Shown piece after piece: positions 27,001 to 39,000 of a stretch of 64,000 bases of DNA. The DNA lies in contig JBAZTA010000002.1 of assembly GCA_041662125.1 (NCBI GenBank), forward strand, positions 76,154-140,153, written 5' to 3'. This DNA is from Candidatus Omnitrophota bacterium. Lineage in GTDB: Bacteria; Omnitrophota; Gorgyraeia; Gygaellales; Profunditerraquicolaceae. Below the pieces are notes generated by a model. That model was not told where the DNA came from. It was given only the letters and a program-made list of their open reading frames with translations, and ran no database searches. Positions within the stretch are counted from its first letter, which is position 1. Every line of letters begins with the position of its first letter. The position numbers were made by a program, and so were the translations under genes.

Positions 27001-30000
27001 AGTTTCGCTTTATGCCGCGAAAACCGCATATTTGTTTCTCTGGGTGGCCGAGATATTGTTTCGGAATCATACTTCAACCTCCCGCATTTCTATATTCAGA
27101 GATCATGTTTTTGTCAGGAGAAGCATAAGAGACGATAATGATTTTCCTCAGGAAGAAACATTTACCGGCATACCACAAGAAGAGCTGAGTTTGATAGCTA
27201 ATTTTATTAGAGAAGATATCGATATTAGTTTTAATGGTGACAAACGGCTCTTTTATTATATTAACGCTGGGCATCAACCGGAAATCACATTCCTTATAGA
27301 GAGCATCGCCGACTATATGAAGCGTAAAGGGTATAGAGGATTTAAGGTACATGTTGTAGTAACAAATATAGTGCCACGGCGCGTAGAAAAGGCTGCAGAA
27401 ATACTCAATAATCTCGCCGCTGAGTATTCCTCTTTATTCGCGTTAGATTACATTACTTTTCAGTTGGATAATACGTTTGATGAAGGAGTGAAGCGATTTA
27501 TTCAATGTGCAAAGAATTTCGGAGGTTTTAACGGTATCTTGTGCAATGTCGGTGGAGCTACCGGCGCGTATGAGGTTTTGGCTCTTATACCTCAGGCATT
27601 GCGTAATGATGGCTGGTTGCAAGTGGATGCAAAGAAGTATACCTTGGATTGTCTCAGAAAGGCTCCAGAAGAACGAGTATTTAAATATATAGATAAAAGC
27701 TCAACTTATTTGACGATTTTTTACGGATTTATCAGCTCTTCGCCGCTGGAGTTAGGTGCATCCTCTAATTCTTCTGCGGTGGCTGCTCAATCTGGCGTTT
27801 ATTCTTTGGCGCAATTAACACAGCGATTAATAGAGGGAAGGTTTTACAAGTCGTTAATTCCTGCTAAGTCCGGGGCTGGATTGTATATTGATGATATGCT
27901 GGAAAATCATATGTATCCGCAGCCGTTGGCGCCGGAGAAAAGGAGTTCTGAAATAGATATCTTGGGCAAAAGAGGCATACTTAATTACTGTAAATTTCTT
28001 TGCTCAAGGTTCCCCGGGTTATTTATGAAATTTGGAGAATACGGAATTCTTGATAATGCATGGCGGCCAAAGCTATTATCTAAAGAGCAGGAGCGCGTAA
28101 TTTTTCTAACAGAAGTATCAGGACAGTATGCCAATCCCAGCCTTCTCTGGCATTCAGTAACCCATCTTGCGCAGATGTCAGTTGCTGCAGAACGGTTCCG
28201 GGGAGCGCGTGTTTTAGATTTGGGATGCGGAAGGGGAATCTCTTCGCTCTTTGCCGCCTTGCTTGGCGCAAAGACGGTAGTTGGAGTTGATAATGATCCT
28301 TCAGTAAAAAAGATTTTTGAAACACAAAGAGAACTAAATCAAAGCTACTCCGGAAGATCTGTATTTATTGAGGGTAGTTTTGCCGAAGCCGCTGTGACTC
28401 ATGAACTGGAGAAGTATCTGCCTTTTGATATTGTTATGGCAAATATCGGCCCGCAGCAATACGGCGATGCAAATAAGGAGGCGATCGAACTGATTGTTCG
28501 GCTAAGGCAAAAAAGATGGTCAAATGATTTTGTAGTGATAGGGAGCGGTTCTGGTATGGGGCTAACCGCATATGAGCATTGTGCAGTGCCTGGATATGAA
28601 TATAACTATCAAGAAGAGCTTGATTTTCTTCGGCTTTACTTTGCAATAAGTGAACCTCATATTATTGTCGGGCGTAGCCGTCCGTCTTTATTGTTCCCGG
28701 AACAATGGTTTCTTACTACAAGTTATTTACTCGAGGCTGCGCAGTTAAACAAATGCGCTTCTCAGCTCCCCAAAATAACATTAGAAGCTGTTATTGCAGA
28801 AATAAATAATATATCGCCTATTTATGCTTGTGCAGTAATATTGATTAACGCAAGAATTGTAGCTGGTAAGAATATTATGCGCTGTTGGATGCCTTCCTAT
28901 TATCAATATCAGATAGAGGCATCGGAAGATACAGATCCTTTTGAATTATTGAAGTTTGCTGAGCGTGTTTTACGGATTGATCATCATTCCGGTTTTGCTC
29001 CGAAAGTCAGTGAGCTGTTAAGAAAGTTTGAGAAGATATCTGCTGCCTCGCCGTTGGCGTCCTCTATAGAGCTTCTTATATTTGATTTGACTCAAACACT
29101 TTGCGAATATGGAGAATTTGGAAGAGTAAGAAAACAAATATCCTATGCATGGGCTATCCAGGAGTTATCCTGCCGAAACAAAAATTTAACAACAGCTGGA
29201 TTAGAGGAGATTATCGTAAAGCTTGATAGCCTTACCGGGGCGCTTGCATCACTGGGGCTGTCTCTTGATAAATATTTTGATTATTTAGGCCTCAATCTTC
29301 CTGTCACAGCTTATCCCGAGAGTGATCCGGAATTGCGTCAGGTTTTACTACAGGAACAAAAGAAAGGTTATCGTTTGGCTCTTGCTACTAATAATGGAAA
29401 TCTGGTTACTCAAAATATACTTCATAGCCTTGGGGTAGAGGATTTATTCTTATCTGTTATGACACAACAAAGTATGGGCAAGGGTAAGCCCGATCCAGGT
29501 ATATTTTATGAATTGTGTAAGCTGCAAGGTGTTAGTCCTGAACGGGCGGTTTCAATCGGCAATAGTAGGCAACATGACCTGGAAGCCGCAGCTCAAATTG
29601 GTATGTGGGGGTTACACGTAAATGGGCCACGAGAACTTAAGGATACTCTGCCTGGCCGGCTCGTTGAATTAAAAGAATTGAGAAATAAAATCCTGAGAGG
29701 GCGCAAGGTGATAGTGCCTGATTATTTGGTTGTACCTGTAAATTTGCGCAGCGCCTCGCCGCTAACACAAAATAAGGATGGTCTTAATTCTTTTCACAAA
29801 GCCGGCAGCTCAGCTGTCACGGCGAATTTAAAAACAAAAGAATTCTGGACAAAAGCAAAATGCGAAGAAATGCTAAAGAATCCTCCATCCAATGTTAAAG
29901 ACCCTAAAAACTCGTCTCATTGGGTCAGTGCTGGATATAGCGGTATGATAACGTTCGTATGCAGGGAATATGGAGGTTGGCCTAAGTTTATCGAGAGCAT

Positions 30001-33000
30001 GGGATATGAGCCTATTATAAGGTCCAAAGAGGTTTGGAAGCAAAAATATGAAAATTGGGGAATAGTTCAATCAATCGTTCCTGATTTAATCAAACATAAT
30101 GCTATTATCGGATACGGGAGGGTTTTAGAAGATGATGAAGTAAAAGCATTGGCTGAAGAAGTGCAGAATGGCAATAAGGCTGCCAGAGAAGTATTAATAG
30201 TTACAAATGTTCCTATGGTCATATATCGAGTGATACGACAATACCCCAGTTTCATTAACGAAAGAGATGATTTAATTCAGGTAGGTATTTATGGCCGCGG
30301 TGATAGAGTAGGCGGTCTTGCTCGCGCAGTAGAACGTTTTGAGCCTGAGAGAGGAATTCGGTTTATCTCTTTTGCATTACAATGGATTGACGCGGTTTTA
30401 TTACAAGCGGTACGAGAAATATTAAATTTACAGAAAAAAGAATTACTATGTAATTATAGCTCTCGTGAATCTTCCCAAAAAGACCCAATCAATTTAATAC
30501 CCGATAAAGCAGATGTATTTAAAATAATATCAGGCGACGCCGATTTACGCGCAAGACTATTCGAGGCTATTGAATATTTGCAATTGGAGATTTCTGAAAG
30601 GGATAAGGATATTTTGTCGCGGTTGCTTGATGCTGAAAAACAGTCATATATAGCCAACCATTATAGGATAAAACCTCAACGCGTACAGCAAATTTTTAAA
30701 AGATTGACCAAAATGTTAAAAGAAATAATTGATTCAGATGAAATTAAATATCGGTCACGCAGTGCCTCCCCGCTAGAAAGCGCAGAGCGGTTCACGCACG
30801 GACCGTATCCTTTCCAGGCTTATTGTTTCGAATATGGATCGGTAAGCGTCAGTGGATACAATAGCCAAGACAATATGATTGAAATTGAGTTTCCCTATGC
30901 GCGAAAAAAGCCGGCGTTGAAAGCGTATTATAACTCTCATAAATTTGCCTTATTAGGTTCAGAATCACATAGGCGCTTAATCGAGGAGAGATACATAAGA
31001 ATATTTAATAAAAGCGGGATAATTGACCAGCTGATTATCTATAATTATGTTAGAACGTTTTTTTCTCAAATATATAAGGAAACCCGGCTCTATTCATCAA
31101 TGCCGTCTTTCTATCAGGACGATACTGATATTTATAGGTTGAGCAAAATGCCTCAAGGTCTTAAGATTGCTTTCGAAAAAGTATTTCAGATGATAAACAG
31201 TGAGTTTAAAATTTCACCGCGAAACTTAGAAATGGCAGCGCGTATGACATTTCTTTTAGGAGATGTGCACTATTTCCAGAGCGGGAAAACTCGTTATTTT
31301 CTGCCTAACGATATTAAAGATTATCTTTTAGAAAAGATTTATCACGAGGCAGAGAAATGCATCTTCACTTTGCAGGCTGATGCAACAAAGTTGCGCGATA
31401 GAGATATGATCGGTTCATTGGCTCGGCAAATAGCAGATTTATTACAGAGTAGAAATGACGCCTTTGATATTATTAGTGTTGTGCCGTATCTAAACGAAAG
31501 AGAAAATAGCGGGATTGTTCCGCTTACTCGGGAGGTAGCTGGTAATACGCAGTCTACGTACCAGGAAGTCTTGAAAGCAATAGAATTTGAGAAGAAAGAA
31601 GAGGTGGAGAATGGAGGCGTAAGCAATAGGGTTCCTGAATATGAGGTTACGGATGTGGATTTGCGAGGCAAGAGTGTGCTTCTGCTTGATGATGCAGCCG
31701 CAGAAAGAAACGTGCATCTGGCTTGTATGGAAAGAATTCTGAGGGCAGGAGCTACTCAGGTGTTTGTAGTAAGGATCGGTAATGATTTTCAGGAAGTTTC
31801 TGATCAAAAACAATCAACCTCGCCGCTAAGATTGTCACAAGATGATAATAAAGAAGTTACCCGTCAAATTAATCTCAAACTAGAAAGCTGCGGTTTTAAT
31901 ACCTATAGGACACTTAAAACTTTTAAATTCTGGCCATGTTTATATGAAAGAGAATGGGTAATGGTTAAGGAGAAATCCGGCACAGACTATTATTATGGTT
32001 TTATCAGGTTTGGCAACCTGATATTTATTGATGAGCATATTTACTCTGATTTTTTAGGCCCTGATCTTAGAGACGTTTTGAAAACCAATTCCATACGATT
32101 AGTAAATAGCAGCGCTCATAAGATGTTTTATTATTTCCCTACGTATACGTCTCTGGCGCTTTTTGCCATGATTCATACTGTTGGTGATATGCATGTAATT
32201 GATTGTGGTTCTGGCCGCGCTGAATTATCCTTGGCGGCTCTTCGATTAAATTCCAGCGTTGATTCAATTGAGATTGATAGTACTTTGCTAGAGATCGCAA
32301 AGCTGCAAATGAAAAACAACAATTTTAAAGAGGGGATTGATTACCGTTTACTTAACGGCGACTTGAAAGATCCCTCTTTGATTGTCAAATCCCTTCAACC
32401 CCGTGGAATGAACCGGGAAATCGCTATCGTCTCAAATATTGGTTCATGGGGGATGTATTCGGTAACGAATGCCGATAGTATGAAGCTTATTCCCTATCTC
32501 CCGAATGTAAGGTTATTTATCGGCTCTGGATATAAGATTAACGAGGATGACAAATATAGAAGCATGTGTAGTCATATGGCTCTTATTGAGCAAAAGTACG
32601 GTTTTCATGTTGAGTTAGAAGTTGGTTCTTATAATTGTGCTGCCTGGGTGGCTCGTAAACCTCGCAGCAGTTCGCCGATAGATAGGCGGTTTCTTGTCCG
32701 CGAATTAGAAAAATGCCTGTATCAAATGCCCTATGGCTTACAGGACAAAATATATCCTTCTGCATTCAATGCCCGGCAAGAAAAACAAACATACGGCAAC
32801 TTCATTAAAAATCAGCTCTCCCGCATCGAAAAACAATTGCCTATTGATACGATGACGGATATTTCTAATCAAGATCTGGGTTTAGTCGTTGATCAGGCAA
32901 AGCGCCTGCATCATCAAGGGAAAATGAAGAGCCTGGCGTTTCTGTTAGCCAATATAGACAGGATACATGAAGCATTCGAAGTCTGCCTGCTTGATCAAGT

Positions 33001-36000
33001 TGTTTGGGTTAGTAAAAATGTTAGTTCTCAGGAGCAACTGTGTTTTGATAATTTTCTTAATGAAATATTTGAATACGGATTATGCCGAGGCACGACAACT
33101 AGCCTTATTGACTATGCGTTGCGCTGCAATAAGGGGCTGTTGTTTAATCCTCGTCGTAGTGACCGTACCTTATTTACCCTTGTAGAAACCACTGAAAACT
33201 ATTATTGGAGTGATGTTGCTTGCAAGAAAAATGATGTGATTTTTTCCAGCCTTGACTTCAAGAGATACAAGAGTCTTCCCGGAGCGATCAGAAAACCGAA
33301 ACCAGTAATACTTTTTTTCGATATTGAGAAACTGCCTATGTTGATAGTGAGGGCAGGCGAGAAATTGGAAATTGTCAACGGCATGCCGCGGGATATTGCC
33401 GAAGTATTCACTGCAAAATTATCACGCAGGATCGATATCGTGCGGTCGCTCATGTTTGGTTCTAAAGTCAGCATTCTTGAGGCGCTGGCAGAAGCTGGGG
33501 TGCCCGACAAAGAATATTCTTGGCTCTTTAGCCATACGGGCTGGAATGAAGCGTTATTAGCCATTTCAGGAAAATCTTTACATTCCTCTTCCCCGTCTGA
33601 GGATGATAAGAGCTCCAATAATTATCTAAAAACTTCTTTGGAGGGTGTCCCCTTGGGTATGCCGCGCAATATTTATGAAGAGCCGGATTTAGTGTATCCT
33701 TTTGATGAAAGAGGATTGATACGTCTTAAGCCAGCAGAGAATACTTTGGATCATTTAAGGATAAAATGTGCAGATGGATTGTGTTGTTTCCTGGATCCTT
33801 TTCTTGGTTCTTATCCGGATATTGAAGATGTGTTGGCAGATAAAATTCGTTCTGACTGTGAACCCCTGGGAGAAAAAATATTCTTAGCTTATTCCCCTGA
33901 AGCGATCAATGTGAAGGATATTCCTCATAAAGGTATTAGTATAAAGTGTGCGTGCGGGGGGTTAAGGACAGTATTTGACTATCGCTCTGAACATGGATTT
34001 AGTTTGTTCACCGAGTGCGCTATTTATAAAGACAGGCCTGATGAGCCTTGCCGGGCATTTCCGTATTATGACTATTGTATGTATAGCAAATATCTGCAAA
34101 AGGAAAATATGGTTTTTTATCTGCTCAGGGAATCCGCATTATCTGCAGGCAAAATTATTGCAGATTTGAGCGCTCAGCAACAGACGAAAGAGGGTGTATT
34201 TTATACGGCTCAAGGTTATGCAAAGTTAAAGCAGATGTTTTTATCAAATGGCAGATTGTCTCATATAATTCGTCTGGCAATACGAGATAAGTTTCTTGCT
34301 TTTAGCCCTCAGAAAGACGATCGCATTAGTTTTTTCAGCGAGCAAAATGATATAAGGGGAACGTCTCCGATCGCTAGTTCTTCTCCGCTGGAGGGGACTG
34401 CGGATTTATCGCGGCCTAAAATAATAAGAGACCGCACTTCAGCCCGCCTGTGTAATCTAGAGGAATATGCGGTAGTAAATGGGGAGAAGACAATAGGTAT
34501 CGGCAGTTCTGAACAGGTGATTCTTTATTTCGGCACCAAAGACAGGCCTGTTTTTGACAGGGATGGCAAGGAAATATTTAATATTTTAAGTTCCTGGTTC
34601 ATTCAATCTTCAGATGAAGTCAATTGTTCTTTTATAAAGAGCCCCTACGGCATAAACGCAAAGTTAAGGCATCAGAGGTTAAGTTTGGCCCGCGGCAACT
34701 TTAGGATGAGAGAAAATGATTCCTTGATCGTCACGCTTGATAACGTGAGAGAAAAAGCAGGGATAGAAATTACTCTTGAGAAAATAGAAAGGAATTCTGA
34801 TAGGATCTATTTTAAGGCCAAAACTGTTGGGAGTGTGTCCGTATTCACTCTTGAAGATGTGCAGGAAGCTTTTGAATGCAGGGAATTAGTTCCTTTAGGC
34901 AAGCAAAACAGGAATATGGCACGGGCGAACCAATGGTTCATCTATAATAATCCGCAGTTAAGCGAAATAGTCCCTGTCCCAGTGCGAAACCTCGCAGAAG
35001 GGCATTCTTTGGATACTACGAGCGGTTTTTGGCGCGACCTTACTAACGCCGAGCTTGAGCCTATGAAGCAAATGCATAAAAAAATTATGAATATTGCAGT
35101 TCCTGAAGAGATAAGCCGCTATTCAGATATTCCCCTGTTGGGAGATAAATTTGACAGCAGGCGCCAGGAGATCGCCAGAGAAATATCCGGATTTATCGAA
35201 GGATTGAGAGACCAATTAATTGAAAGAATATATTTGGCGAATGCCCGCATAACGAGAAAAGAAGTTGTGAGGGGAGTGACAGGAGAATGGATGGATTACG
35301 TGCTTGTTCATAAACTGGCAGAATTATCACATGAAGGAAGGCAGCAGTTCGAGAAGTTCCTACAGGAATATGTGCCAGCCAGAGACTGGGTTGTTAATAG
35401 GATCGGGGATGTTTTAAAAGAGTTAAAGTTGTCCTGCCGTAATAATGAAGAAAGAACGACTGAATTGCCGCGTATTTATGAAAGTATTGAGATGGGAAAA
35501 TATAAATTAGCGCTCGCCTTATTGCCCGATATGGATCATAAGGACGCGCGTGTTATTTTTCCGGGGTCTGCTGCTGCGCGGGAAGGGATGCCTTGGATCA
35601 TTAAAAGCTGGGATCCCCGGCACATGATTAATTATAGTAATTTTTACCGTCTCAAGACTTTTGGCAAAAAGATGATGGTTGCATCTGATTCCGCGCGCAC
35701 AGTTCTTAAAGCGCTTATGAAATGGCAGATTTATGAGCAATCTGTGGCAAGAGATAGCGAAGGGGCTTTGTTTACGCAAATTTCAATCCAGCTTAATTCT
35801 TCCGAAGAATTGGTGAAATTGATCGAGGGATTATTCTTCAGTAAAGAATATTTCAGGTATTATCAATTAGAGTCCGTTATTGCCTCTCCCGCGCCGAATT
35901 TTGAGCTTTCAATATTAGCCGAAGATAAGCCTGGCCTCATAGCCCTGGTAATTTCGGCATTATCAGATTCCGGTATCAGTATGTTCAGGTTGGCTCCGCC

Positions 36001-39000
36001 GCAGAAGGAGTCAGGATTGTTGTCTTATGAATTTATTTTTCAGCCTTCTAATACACGGCAGAGTACGCAGGAATATGAAGCCGATATAAGTAAAGCTCTG
36101 TCAGAAATAGAAGGAATAACATATGAAGTACGTTTAGTCCCGGCCATAGATATGAGTTTAAGGATAGAGGAAACCCCTGCGCATAAGCCGCAGATCGCCA
36201 GGGAAGCCCTAAAACGGCCTCTCAAAGATGCAGATTCCATAAGGCCGGGATATTATTCCATTGGCATATACGGAGGCTTAACTTTAGATGAATGCGTGGA
36301 AATAATGAAACAGGTCAAAGAAGAAAAATTTACCGCTCTTGATAGTTTTGATGAGCTTATGCCTCTGTATGAAGGCTGCGGGGTGCATTTTGTGGTGCCG
36401 AATACCTTACCAGAGAAAGCCGTTCCCACATTTATCTTTTCTGCTATGTTCGAAGGAAACACCCTGGTTATTGTATTTTCTTCTCACGAATTGGCAGATG
36501 CGCTGGCAGATAAATTTAAAGATCATCTTAGTCAGGTTTTAGAAGTAATAGCTTTTAATGAATACAGGCAGCTGCTTTATAATTGCCGCGACCATAAATC
36601 CTGGGCAGATGCGCAACGGATGACCTGGCAAGAGATTAAAGAGGGATATCCGGGTATCACCGCGCAACTGGAAGAATTATTTATTGATCATTTCTGCGCG
36701 GTCGCAGAAAGAATTATTCATAACCGTATGAGCCCATTATCAGGAGACCGAAAATCAAGAGTAATAGAAAAAATAACTAAGCTTGCCGATAAAGGCAATC
36801 AGGTTGCCTTAGATACCCTTATTTGCCTTATCCCTGAACTCTTTAGCTTGTCTGTCGAAGATAAGCTGTGTTTAGGAGACAACGCCAGGAGCGCGCTGCG
36901 TACGTTGTTGAACCTCGGTAATCCAGAAGTCGTTGAAATGCTTGAGGGATTCATTGATGACGAATCTCCCCGGCAGTATTTTATGTACGATTCGACTTTA
37001 GACAAAAGTATCGGCCTATTGATATATGCCGCAGGGTGCGGTAATAAGACGGCACTCGATGCGTTGGAGAAGAGGCTTAAGTTTTTTATAGATAGGATAA
37101 CCGGAGAAAGCAAACGAGAGTTTCGAACGGCTACGGCATATTACGCGCTCGCCGCTACTGTATCAATAAAGAATCATCTTCAGATCACACCGTATTTCCT
37201 GGTGTATTTTGACGGTAAAGAGGATTATTACTGGCATGATACTTCAGAGAGAGAATATACGATGCAAAGGCTTGCTGCGCGGGCAACAGAAGGAGATTCT
37301 TTTGTAATGAAGTATTTAGAAGAACAAATACTGATTAATCCCGCGCTTTCTTTTAAGATTAAGAAAGCCGCGATAAAGTATTGGCAGATGCAGTCTTGTA
37401 TGGTTATTTCCGGCAGCGAGCAGGAGAGAAAAAATGCTTTTCTGCTCTTAGAACGGATTAAGCAGGATCAATCTTACCCTATTCAGGTACGAAAGGCAGC
37501 AGAAGAGGCGCTTGTTAGAGTTGCGAAATTCCAAGAGAGGAAAAGCTCATCGCCTGTTTCATTGAAAGAACCAATCGATTATATAAAGGGCCTCTATGTT
37601 AAACATTTGTTGAGGGCACTCAAAAAGTCTGTGCGTAAATATTTACCTGATGAGTATGAATCGTTTTTGGAAGAAGAGAAGTTTTCGAAGCTACTCTTAA
37701 GGATATATATACTCTCTGGAAATTTTACAGAATCCGGTCATAGGTCTTTTAGCTATATGAATTGTATCGATATATTTAACTTCGCGATAGAAATAACCAA
37801 AGAGAGGATCAATCCTTTTGATGCGGTTATGGTAATACAAGCAATAAAGGGCGATCTTTATGAGGCCTTAGGGATATATAAGCAGGTTATTTTAGCCACT
37901 CGAGAAGGGAGAGTTCTCTTAACGAGGGCTGTTTTTAGTAAATTATGGGAAATATCCTCTCCACAGGATAATTTAGGTGATTCTTCGCCTCCGGGAGAAG
38001 TTTTACCGAAGGCGGTTAAAAATGGCGGCTCTTCCCCGATGGCAATAGAAACCAAGAGGGTGCTCCATGACTTAAGAAATCAAAGCAATATTAAGGATGA
38101 AAAACTCATTGAGTTCTTGGCGAGGCTACTTCGTTCGCCGAATATTCAATTTAGAAAATCAGCGGCGCGCGCCATCATTGAAGAAGTCTTAGGCGCGCAA
38201 TACAAACAACTGCGTTTATTCTCATTGGAAACTATACTCCCACTTATCGGTTTGCCCCGTTTTAGCGCTCCTTCACTCGGACAAATAGACCTCCATACCC
38301 ATACTTTGTTATCCGACGCATACGCGACTCCTTCGGCAATGGTCCTTAAGGCTTATGAAGAAGGGCTTGCGGGAATAGCCATTACCGACCACGATATGTT
38401 CCCTGACGATGATGAGGCTGAATTGGCCGTCACGAAAGTAAACCAATTTCTCATCCGCTCCGGGCAGGAATTTGTTTATATTCCCGGATTAGAAATAACT
38501 ACTCTTTTTGAAGGAGTTGAAGTTCATCTGTTGGTATATCTTCCCGGTTACCGGAAACAGCGTTTAGAAATTATGGGGCTTCCATCGGCAAGGGGCTTAC
38601 TTGATAAATTTGAGAAACTGACAGAAGTAAGAGAACAAGACGCGTTTAATTTGATGCAGGAGATCAAAAGAAGGCATCCGGAGTTGATGGTCAGCGAAGC
38701 GGCTATATGGGAGCATACGCGCAGTAAGATCTTCGATTCCTCTCCCGGCGATGCGCTTTTTGCCCTCAACCCGGGATTTTTCAAGCAAAGAGGCATTTAT
38801 AATCCGAAGGATGTCTGGTATCAATGGATATCGCCGGATAATGAATTAAAGAGGATCGCCAGCGCAGGAGAAAGGAAATATCTTGCCACTATTGAAGAAA
38901 CGATCGCGTTTGTAGCGCAGGCTGGAGCTAAACTTGCCATTGCTCATCCTAGTGAGATCATTGAAAATGAGCGTGCGAGAGGCAAAAGAGATATATTACC

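Noticed and set aside
17213-31828. Possibility that the repeated tcgccgctg octamer marks a CRISPR array, REP/BIME elements or attC sites.
   Set aside because: Every copy is in the coding phase and translates to Ser-Pro-Leu. Spacing is irregular (0.6-1.8 kb). There are no inverted-repeat partners or unique spacers. Flanks are conserved at the amino-acid level, not the nucleotide level.
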